DNA of 64,000 nt, from contig CALEZI010000101.1 of the NCBI GenBank assembly GCA_937928755.1, positions 30,509-94,508 on the forward strand, given 5' to 3'. Source of the DNA: an uncultured Rhodanobacteraceae bacterium. Lineage in GTDB: Bacteria > Pseudomonadota > Gammaproteobacteria > Xanthomonadales > SZUA-5. The number at the start of each line of letters is the position of its first letter. Position 1 is the first letter of the stretch. Below the pieces are notes generated by a model, which ran no database searches, was not told the DNA's origin, and saw only the letters and a program-made list of their open reading frames with translations. Position numbers and translations under genes: made by a program. Positions 47,343 to 56,000 of this stretch are shown one piece after another.

Positions 47343-48290
47343 CTACATGGTCTCGATCAGTTGGTCCTTCTCCGCCCAGATCCCGTTGATCCAGGTTTGG
47401 AAGCGTTCACGCACGGCGAGGTCGTTTTCGTAGTTGCCGCCGAGCAACTCGCGCGGGATCTCGCGCCGCTGCACGTGGATGCGCACGCGACTGACGCGCC
47501 CGGACAACAAATCGGTCAGGGTAGGGCGGCCATCCGGGTAGACGATGGTGATGTCGATGATCGAGCGCAGTGTTTTGCCCATGGTTTCCAGCACAAAGGC
47601 AACGCCGCCGGCCTTGGGTTTCAGCAGGTGTTTGAACGGCGACTGCTGACGGGCGTGCTTGGCCGGCGTGAAGCGTGTGCCTTCGACAAAATTCATCACC
47701 GACACCGGCAACTCGGCGAATTTCTGGCACGCGCGGCGGGTGGCCTCCACATCCTTGCCGCGCAGTTCCGGGTGTTTCTCGAGGTGCTCTTTGGAGTAGC
47801 GCTTCATGAACGGGAAATCGAGCGCCCACCAGGCCAGGCCAAGGAACGGCACCCAGATCAACTGGCTCTTGATGAAGAACTTGAGGAACGGGATGCGCTG
47901 GTTGCAGACGTACTGCAGCACCAGGATGTCGACCCAGCTCTGGTGATTGCTGAGCACCAGATACCAGCCGTCGCGTTTGAGGTGTTCGCTGCCTTCGATC
48001 TCCCAGCGCTGGTCGCGGGTGAACAGCCGGATCGTGGCGTTGTTGATGCCGATCCAGGTTTCGGCAACCAGAATGATCGCGCGGTTGAGTCGCCGGCGGA
48101 CCGCGCGTAGCGGCAAGATCAGCTTGAACAGCGCCAGCGTCAGCAATACCGGGACGAGAACAACCGTGTTGACCATCGCCAACATCGAGGCCAACAGCAG
48201 GATCACGGCACCTGGCAGGAATGACAACATGACAACGATCGGTAGTGATGGAGTCGAGCGCGTGGCGCGTTCGGGTCGCGAGGCTACCAC
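47343..48290 (-). CDS. acyltransferase, PlsC/YihG-like (lysophospholipid acyltransferase family)
   Basis: LSNHQSWVDILVL (HX4D), FLKFFIKSQLIWVPFLGLAWWALDFPFMKR, MNFVEGTRFT. GTG 48290 is preceded by AGGTGA. Confidence 0.8.
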   Translation of the reverse strand: MVASRPERATRSTPSLPIVVMLSFLPGAVILLLASMLAMVNTVVLVPVLLTLALFKLILPLRAVRRRLNRAIILVAETWIGINNATIRLFTRDQRWEIEGSEHLKRDGWYLVLSNHQSWVDILVLQYVCNQRIPFLKFFIKSQLIWVPFLGLAWWALDFPFMKRYSKEHLEKHPELRGKDVEATRRACQKFAELPVSVMNFVEGTRFTPAKHARQQSPFKHLLKPKAGGVAFVLETMGKTLRSIIDITIVYPDGRPTLTDLLSGRVSRVRIHVQRREIPRELLGGNYENDLAVRERFQTWINGIWAEKDQLIETM

Positions 48291-48395
48291 CGGAATTCAC
48301 CTGATCGGTATGCGCCAGGTCAAGCACTTGCGGCAAACCCGTAGGAGTCACGGCCGCCCCTGTCGGTGCGGGCGCACCAGCCGAACGAAAAACAA

Positions 48396-48555
48396 CGCAT
48401 CAAACTGGCGGCGACCATGTGGACTGCGTTTTTTTTCCGCAAAGGACGCAAAGGACGCAAAGAGAGCCAAGAACCAGGATGTTGATGTTCTGTTGGCTTT
48501 GCTTTCCTTTGCGTCCTTTGCGGAAAAATCTCTTCTTTCAGATGCTTGCTTTATG
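48396..48555. repeat. family B MITE-like element, copy 4
   Basis: Colinear with 2780..2937 including the central loop (agagcca.gaacca.g.tgttgatgttctg). Confidence 0.85.
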
Positions 48556-48626
48556 GGAGCGGGTTCCAACGCCGAGCTTCCGCTTCGGACTGGCGCGGAG
48601 CTCGCAGGCAGAGCCCGCTCCCACAG
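48553..48626. repeat. REP inverted pair abutting the family B element
   Basis: atgggagcgggttcc... / ...gagcccgctcccacag. Ends 1 nt before the rlmC stop. Confidence 0.8.
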
Positions 48627-49739
48627 TCATCGAAGCTGCAGCAGCACCAGCGTCTCGAAGTGCGTCGTGTGCGGAAACATGTCGAATACGCGCGCGGCGA
48701 CGATGCGGTAGTTGGGCATCGAGGCCAGGTCGTTGGCCAGCGTTTCGATGTTGCAGCTCGAGTAGACCAGCGTCGATGCGGCACTCTGGTTCAGCCAGCC
48801 GGCGAGTCGCCCGCCGATGCCACGTCGCGGCGGATTGACGATCACGCATTCGGCCACCGCAGGCTGCGCGCAGGCCCAATCGGCGGCGTCGGCGCGGATC
48901 CATTCGATTGCCGGATTGCTGATCCGCGCCGCCGCGATCGCCTCGGCGGTGCTCTCGACAGCGACCACGCGGCGCCCGGGGCTGTATGCATGCAAGGCGA
49001 AGCCACCGACGCCGCAATACAAATCCCACACGGAAACGGGTTGGCGTTCGCCGATCCACTCACGCGCCTGCTGGTAAAGGGCCGCGCCGACCACGCTGTT
49101 GGTCTGCAGGAAACTGCGCGGCGTCAACCGGAATTCGGTGTCGTTGAGACGGCAGCGCACGCTTTCGGTCGCCGTCAGCAGGATTTCGGTGTCGCCCTCG
49201 GTCACCGCCTTGTGTTCGGGCAGCAGATTGATCGACACCACGCGCAGCGCCGGTAGCGCTACTTGCAAGGCGGCAATCTGCTTGCTTATGCGTTCGACGG
49301 ATTCGCGCGAACGCAGCACGAAACGCAACATCAGTTCGCCGGTGCCCGGCGCTTCGGTCAGCAGCGCGTACTTGGCTTCGCCGCGACGCGTGCCGAGGTC
49401 GTACGGCGGTACGCGGGCGGCGATCAGCGCGGCGCGAATGCCGGCAAGAGCCGCTTGCATCGTCGGCGGATACAACGGGCACTGCATCAGATCGACGCCC
49501 GCGCCGTGGCCATTCAGCAGACCCAGCGTCGGTGCATCGACGCTGCCGCCAATCGCCATCTTCGCCTTGTTGCGAAAGCCCGATTCGGGACTCCGCACCG
49601 GCGACCACCATTGGGCCGGCGAGAATCGCGACAGCGCCCGTTCGGCGATGGACTGCTTGCGCGCCAATTGATCGTCATAGGGCAACGGCAGTTCGCTGCA
49701 GGAACGGCAGCGGGCGTTGGCGTAATAGTCGCACTTCAT
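48627..49739 (-). CDS. rlmC: 23S rRNA (uracil747-C5)-methyltransferase
   Basis: MKCDYYANARCRSCSELPLPY parallels E. coli RlmC MQCALYDAGRCRSCQW. Also DLYCGVGGF, NPPRRG and the C-terminal catalytic SCN. Confidence 0.8.
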   Translation of the reverse strand: MKCDYYANARCRSCSELPLPYDDQLARKQSIAERALSRFSPAQWWSPVRSPESGFRNKAKMAIGGSVDAPTLGLLNGHGAGVDLMQCPLYPPTMQAALAGIRAALIAARVPPYDLGTRRGEAKYALLTEAPGTGELMLRFVLRSRESVERISKQIAALQVALPALRVVSINLLPEHKAVTEGDTEILLTATESVRCRLNDTEFRLTPRSFLQTNSVVGAALYQQAREWIGERQPVSVWDLYCGVGGFALHAYSPGRRVVAVESTAEAIAAARISNPAIEWIRADAADWACAQPAVAECVIVNPPRRGIGGRLAGWLNQSAASTLVYSSCNIETLANDLASMPNYRIVAARVFDMFPHTTHFETLVLLQLR

Positions 49740-50980
49740 GCGCGTGCGCCTGCAGCCGCGCGTCCGGCGAGGTAACCGCTGGCGAAGCAGGCGGTCAGCA
49801 GATAACCGCCAGTCGGCGCCTCCCAGTCGATCATCTCGCCGGCGCACCAGACATTCGGCAACTGGCGCAGCATCAGATCGTCAGTCAATTCGTCGAAATC
49901 GATGCCGCCGGCGCTGCTGATGGCTTCCTCGAGCGGCCGTGCGCGCAGCAGGCGAATTGGCAGGGCCTTGATCGCCCGCGCCAGGCGATCGGGTGCGTCG
50001 AAGTCGGCTTTGTCGGCGCACTCGTGGAGCAGGGCCGCCCTGGCGCCTTCAAGTCCGCAGGCGCGCCGCAGATGCTCGCTGCGGGTGCGTTTGCCGCGCG
50101 GCGCGGCCAGCGCCTGCGTCAGTTGCGCCTCGCTGCGGTTGGGCGCGAGGTCGGCGATCAGGTCGACGGCGCCGTCGCGGTCGATGGCATCGCGCAGCCG
50201 GGCCGACAGCGCATAGATCGCGCTGCCCTCGACGCCATACGCGGTGATCACGAACTCGCCGGTCAGTGCGCTGTCGGGCGGATCGTCGACCAGGCGCAGG
50301 CGCACCGACTTGATCGGCGCGCCCGCATGGCGCTCGACAAGATGCGCCGACCAGGCGCACTCGAAGCCACAGTTGGACGGTCGCAGCGGCGCGATCGCGA
50401 CTCCGCGCCCGCCGATGGTGTCGGTCCAGCGACCGTCGGACCCCAGGGCCGACCAACTGCCCCCGCCCAGCGCCAGCACCACGGCGTCGGCGGTCGCATC
50501 GACGATTTCGCCGCCGTGGTTGAAACGCAAGGCGCCGGAATCGGACCAGCCAGACCAGCGATGAGCCATGTGCAGCGCCACGCCCTTGCCGCGGATTCGG
50601 CGCAGCCACGCCCGCAGCAGCGGTCCGGCTTTGAAATCGGCAGGAAACACACGCCCGGAACTGCCGACCACCGTCGGATAACCGAGATCGTGCGCCCATT
50701 GCCGCAGCGCGCCGGCGTCGAACTGCCCCAGCCAGCGTCCGACTTCCGCGGCGCGCTCGCCATAGCGACTGACGAATGCCCCCGGAGGGTCGCTGTGCGT
50801 CAGGTTCAGCCCGCCCTTGCCGGCAATCAGGAATTTGCGCGCCACCGATGGCATCTGCTCGTACAGGGAAACCTCGGCGCCGGCATCGCGCGCGGATTCG
50901 GCGGCCATCAGTCCGGCCGGACCGCCGCCGATGACGGCTACCCGGCACAGCGCTGTCGCCGGGTTACCAACTGCCGACAT
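49736..50980 (-). CDS. NAD(P)/FAD-dependent oxidoreductase, HI0933/BaiN-like flavoprotein
   Basis: VAVIGGGPAGLMAAE, KFLIAGKGGLNLTH, AGEMIDWEAPTGGYLL. 4-nt overlap with the rlmC start. Confidence 0.85.
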   Translation of the reverse strand: MSAVGNPATALCRVAVIGGGPAGLMAAESARDAGAEVSLYEQMPSVARKFLIAGKGGLNLTHSDPPGAFVSRYGERAAEVGRWLGQFDAGALRQWAHDLGYPTVVGSSGRVFPADFKAGPLLRAWLRRIRGKGVALHMAHRWSGWSDSGALRFNHGGEIVDATADAVVLALGGGSWSALGSDGRWTDTIGGRGVAIAPLRPSNCGFECAWSAHLVERHAGAPIKSVRLRLVDDPPDSALTGEFVITAYGVEGSAIYALSARLRDAIDRDGAVDLIADLAPNRSEAQLTQALAAPRGKRTRSEHLRRACGLEGARAALLHECADKADFDAPDRLARAIKALPIRLLRARPLEEAISSAGGIDFDELTDDLMLRQLPNVWCAGEMIDWEAPTGGYLLTACFASGYLAGRAAAGARA

Positions 50981-51380
50981 TGGGCATCGAAATCCATGGC
51001 TCGCACGGCGTCAACGCGGGGCCGCGCTGCAGCAGTTCGATCGAGATCAGGTCGGGTGAGCGCACGAAGGCCATGCGGCCGTCGCGTGGCGGTCTGGCGA
51101 TGGTCACGCCGGCATCCATCAGCTTCTGGCACAGGGCGTGAATGTCGTCGACGGCGTAGGCCACGTGCCCGAAATTGCGCGCGCTGCCGTAGTCCTCGTC
51201 GTCGTAGTTGAAGGTCAGTTCCAGTTGGGCGTCGTCGTCGCCTGGGGCAGCCAGGTACACCAGCGTGAAGCGACCTTGAGGGCTGTCCTTGCGTGCGACC
51301 TCACGCAGGCCGAGCAATTCGTAGAATCGCAGCGACGCGGCGAGATCGCGCACGCGGACCATGGTGTGCAGATACTTCAC
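50964..51380 (-). CDS. gloA: lactoylglutathione lyase (glyoxalase I, VOC family)
   Basis: (V)KYLHTMVRVRDLAASLRFYE..LG, LELTFNYD and FGHVAYAVDD are present. GTG 51380 lies 5 nt after GGAG. ATG 51362 is an alternative. Confidence 0.85.
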   Translation of the reverse strand: MKYLHTMVRVRDLAASLRFYELLGLREVARKDSPQGRFTLVYLAAPGDDDAQLELTFNYDDEDYGSARNFGHVAYAVDDIHALCQKLMDAGVTIARPPRDGRMAFVRSPDLISIELLQRGPALTPCEPWISMPNVGSW

Positions 51381-51476
51381 GTCGACTCCGATGCTGGGCC
51401 GGCTTTCGCCTGGATGCCCTATTTTAGGCGGTGTTCGCGCAGACTGGAGATACGAACTGAACGGACGTGAGCTGAC

Positions 51477-52562
51477 ATGACCCGGAGGAATCGCTTGATG
51501 CGGATCGGCTGTATGGCGCTGCTGGCGCTGCTTGCGGCCTGCGCCGCCACGCCCGGCAGCGGCGACTTTGCCCAGGTGGAGCCCGCCGCGGTGGCGCCGG
51601 CGCCGATCGATCTCGACGCCAATCTGGCGCGATTGAGCGAGTGGTTCGCCGGCGAGTGGGACAACTACGAGCAGGTGGTTGCGGCCAGAGAGCAGCCGCA
51701 GGGGGTCGGCGCGTCGCCGCACGAGCGGGTGCACGCGCTGTTTCTGCCGGTCAGCGTGCCGGCCATCGGCGGCTCCGTGTTTTTTGCCCGACAGACGCTG
51801 GACGACGACCCGGCCCGCGTGTTCCGCCTGCGGCTGTATCGCTTTGCGGTCGATCCGAAGGCCGACGCGATCCGCCTCGACCAGTACAGTTTCAACAACG
51901 AGAAGGCCTGGCGCGATGCGCACCGTGCACCGCAGACTCTGGCGCAGTTGAGCAGCGGCGACTTGCGCTATTCGCCCGATTGCGCCGTTTACTTCAGGTT
52001 CGACGCGGCGGCCGAAGAATTCCTCGGCAGTACCCTGGAAGGTGCCTGCAAGGTGGCATCCGAACGCCTGGCCAAGGCGGTGATCGTGGAAGATCGGCTG
52101 CAACTCGGTCGCGACAAGTTGTGGATCCTCAGCACCGCGCGCGACGAGGCCGGCCGCCTGATCTACGGCAATCCGCAGGGCATTCCGCACAAGCAGCGCA
52201 AGGTGCGCTACTTCCGCGGCTGGATCGCGATCAACAAGGCAGGCGCCGATGCCGGCCCCGAACAGCGCAGCTTCCACACGCTTCGCGACGTGGTGCTGCA
52301 CAGCGAGGGCCGCGTGGTCCCGATTGTCATGGACGATGGTCGCCGCAGCGGATACTCGGTGCAGATCGCGCGCCTGAGTTTCCAGGGCGACAGCGTGCGC
52401 GCGCTGACCTTGAACCTGCTCAACGACGCCACCGGGTTACCGGTCTCCTACGCCTGGGCCGATCCCGCGAGCAAGCGCATCGGCATCAACCTGAAGTGGT
52501 TCCAGAGCGACTTTGTCGAGATCGACGGCGACTCGCGGTTCGAACCGGTGACAACCCGATAG
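51477..52562 (+). CDS. lipoprotein with CpcT/CpeT-like (DUF1001) domain plus about 130-aa C-terminal extension
   Basis: Lipobox LLAAC. FAGEWDNYEQ, VFFARQTLDDDPARVFRLRLYRF, PDCAVYFRF...FLGSTLEGACKV, and the motif HKQRKVRYF. Confidence 0.65.
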   Translation: MTRRNRLMRIGCMALLALLAACAATPGSGDFAQVEPAAVAPAPIDLDANLARLSEWFAGEWDNYEQVVAAREQPQGVGASPHERVHALFLPVSVPAIGGSVFFARQTLDDDPARVFRLRLYRFAVDPKADAIRLDQYSFNNEKAWRDAHRAPQTLAQLSSGDLRYSPDCAVYFRFDAAAEEFLGSTLEGACKVASERLAKAVIVEDRLQLGRDKLWILSTARDEAGRLIYGNPQGIPHKQRKVRYFRGWIAINKAGADAGPEQRSFHTLRDVVLHSEGRVVPIVMDDGRRSGYSVQIARLSFQGDSVRALTLNLLNDATGLPVSYAWADPASKRIGINLKWFQSDFVEIDGDSRFEPVTTR

Positions 52563-52685
52563 CCGCGGCGCGTGGATGCCGTGCCGGCGGTGGATGCGAG
52601 TCGCCGGCGGCGCCGAAATGTCCAGGCGCAACGCGGCGCACACGAGGGCTGAAGTGGCGCACCCACTCCACCGTCGCGTAACCGA

Positions 52686-52862
52686 TTGTCGCCGATCGCC
52701 AGGCTGCGCGTGCAGCGCCTGAACAAGGTTCGCGACTTGATCAGCAGCAAGCGCCGGACGATTGCCGAGGCTCGGCGACATTGCGGTTTCGACAATCCGA
52801 GCGACCTGTACCAATTTCATCGCGCCCGGTTCGGCGCAGGCAAAGTTCCAGAACGCAGGGCC
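52686..52862 (+). pseudogene. possible relic of an AraC-family regulator (second HTH only)
   Basis: IARLRVQRLNKVRDLISSKRRTIAEARRHCGFDNPSDLYQFHRARFGAGK fits R...A..L.....I.EIA..CGF...S.F.R.F...G. I found no first HTH or sensor domain in any frame upstream. Confidence 0.3.
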
Positions 52863-53092
52863 CGTGCTATGGTCAAACCGGGTTTGTCCGGAGGCTCCAT
52901 TCAGTCGGCTGGGATCACCGGCCCTGGCGGACTCCAGCGCCTGCCGGCCGCCTTGATCGGTCGGGTCTCGGGCAGCGACGCGCCGCAAGTGGTGCTGGTG
53001 CAACTCCGCTTTCATGGCCAGAATCGGGCCCCGGTCAGCCATTTTGGCGCCAGCTCGCATACGACCGAACAATCCTGCGAAGGTAAGCCAAC

Positions 53093-56000
53093 ATGTCGCT
53101 GCAACTGCAAAACACCAACCTTGATTCAAGCCACGGTCGTGCTTCTGTTCAAGTGAACGCACGCGGAGTGTCGGCTGGTCGTCCCGGGGAAGGTGCTTTC
53201 GCACGGCACGGGTGGCAACGCTGGCGAACCATTCTGGCAGCTGGCTGCGCTCTGTTGGGCATGTCACTGGCGCATGCTGCCCAGGTGCAGCATCTGAATA
53301 CCCAGACCGCCACTGCGAGTGGCGCCGGTGCCACCGGCACGCCCTCCATCGCGTCCTTCAATATTCCCAGCGGCAAGAACCGCGTGCTGTTCATCTGGCC
53401 GACTTTCGAGCGCGACCACTGCTCGCCGACGGACGCCAGCAACGGCTTTTGCAACTCCGGCAACACGGCTGGCTTCGGTCTCGGCGACAACTGGCCCGAG
53501 CCACGCACCGGCACGCCACCGTCCACCACCAGCAACAACCAGCTCACCGCCCGGGTCGTCGGCCCAGGCGGCACCATCAACAAGCAGAACGCACTGGTGA
53601 TCGGTGGCACGCCCAGCGGCGATACCCGCTTCATCAATATCAGCTCATCGCCCAGTGGGTCGCCTGCGGGCACGGCGTACTTCGGTCTCAGCAGCTTTCA
53701 CATCGTGCTGTTCGAGAACGAGATCAACACCTTGCTGGATGGTGCCGCCTCGGGCACGGTCAGCATCAGTCTGCCGGATACCAGTACGCCCTCGAATGCG
53801 GGCGATGACGCGTTGCTGATCGCCTCGGTCTATCAGAACGTCGAACAGACGGTCACGGGCTTCGTGCGCAACGCCACGGCGACTGCACAGGTCACACTCG
53901 GCACGCCGGGAAATTCCTCGCTCGCGCCCGCTGCCTACGATGCCGGCCAGGCGCCGGATGAAGCCGATGACGGCAAGCTGGTGATGGGTACGAGTTCCAG
54001 CACGGAAGGTTTCGTCACGCCCGCGGGTCACGTCGCGCTGGCGACACTGTCGGTCACCAACGCCGGTGGCACCTATGACGCCCCCGTCGATAACGTCAAC
54101 AACGAGCCGAACGGTCTATCCGGCGCTGGCTACTTCCGCAACGGGGGCGCCACGCCTGGCAGCCTTTACACGCTGCAGTTGGGCGGTACGGCGGCGACCC
54201 TCACTCACGGTGCGACCAATGCTTCGTTCCTGCTTGAATCGGATAACGCCGACGTCGGCGATGCGCCGATCAGCTACGGCAATCCCACGCACACGCTTTC
54301 CGGGATCCGCCTCGGCGCCAGTGTCGACGCCGACAGCGCATTGCTGAACGGCCCGAATGCCACCGGCGACGACACCAACAACACCGACGACGAGAACGGT
54401 GTGAACGTGCCACCGCTGCTGCCGGTGGGCGACACCGCCGTGTTGCCGGTCTCGATCCAGAACGCTGGTGGTTTCCTGAATGCCTGGTTCGACTGGAATG
54501 CCGATGGCGATTTCAACGACACCGGCGAACAGGTAGTCAGCAACCAGGCCGTCGCTGTCGGCACCGTGAACCTCAACATCGCGGTCCCATCGACTGCGAC
54601 CAGCGGCCCTACCTTTGTCCGCTTCCGCGTGTGCAGCAACAACACCGCAACGGACAACTGCGCCACGCCGGTCGGGACCGTGCAGAGTGGAGAAGTCGAG
54701 GACTATCAACTCAGCCTGGCGCGAGCGCTGACGCTGAGCAAAACCACGTTGGGCGGCTTTGCCGGACCCTTCGGCTTCACCCTCACGAACACACTGCAGA
54801 CCACCGGCAGTGTCAGCACCACTGCGGCGGCGTCGCCGACCCAGGTCGACGGCAATACCTCGGCGGCGGGAACTCAGGTCTACGCCATCGTCTCGTCGGC
54901 TTCTGCCGTTGCCATCACCGAAAGCAGCATCCCGGCCGACTGGTCGCTCACTTCAGTCGCCTGCACGAATGCATCCGGAACCAGTGTCGGCAGCCTCGCC
55001 GGCAGCACGTACACGATCACCAGTGCCGAGATCGCTGCCAGCGGCAGCTTCAGTTGCAACTTCACCAACACCCTCTCTGGGTCCGACCTGGTGGTCACCA
55101 CCCTCGCCGATAATGTGGCTGCACCGCCGGTCGGCAGTCTGCGCGCGGTACTCAATTCCGCCAACGCTTTGGGCAGCGCAGCCTCGGTGACCTTCAACAT
55201 TTCTGGCGGCGGCACCATCAACCTGGCGGGCGCGTTGCCGATCCTGCGCAACCCGAACGGCATCAGCATCGACGGCAGCAACGGCGGCCAGGGCGCCATC
55301 GTGATCGACGGCGGCTCGTCGTCCGCGACCACCGGCGACCGCATCTTCTTGCTCGGCGTGCGTGGCAGCGACAACACCGGACTCACCGCCACACCCGGCG
55401 CCAACTGGACGATTTCCAACCTGACGCTGCAGAACGGCAATGCGCGAGGCGGCGCGGGCGGCACCGGCAGCAGCATTTCGGGTGGTTGGAGCGGTGGCGG
55501 CGGCGGGGCCGGCCTCGGCGGGGCGATCCTCGTCAACGAGGGCAGTGCCACGCTGAGCAACGTGCAGTTGCTGAACAACCGCGCGACCGGCGGAAACGGC
55601 GGCATCCTCAGCGCGGCTGTCGCGGAGGGCGGCTCGGGCGCCGGTGGCGGCATGGGCGGCAATGGTGGCAATGGCAGTTTCTACAATGCCGGCGGCGGCG
55701 GCGGCTTTGGCCTCGGCGCCGATGGCGGTGTTGGGTCTGGCGGCGCCGGTAGCGCTGGTTTGTTGACTGGTGCACTGGCTGGCGGCGCGGGCTCGGGTTC
55801 CGGCTTTGGAGCCGGCGGCAGCAACGGTGGTGGCGGCGGTGGCTCGAACGCCAATCAAAATGGCGGCGGCGGCGGCCCGGGCGGCGAAGCCGGCACCACC
55901 GGTGGCCCTCCTGGCGGCGCCGGCAAAGGCGGCAACGGCGCCTTCGGCGGTGGTGGCGGCGCAGGTGGGGGCAATAACACCCAGTTGGGCGGCTTCGGCG

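Noticed and set aside
47822-47832. gcgcccaccag resembling the tRNA-Val 3' end (possible att site).
   Set aside because: An 11-nt match inside the PlsC-like coding sequence, 43 kb away, with no mobility genes. It is a chance match.
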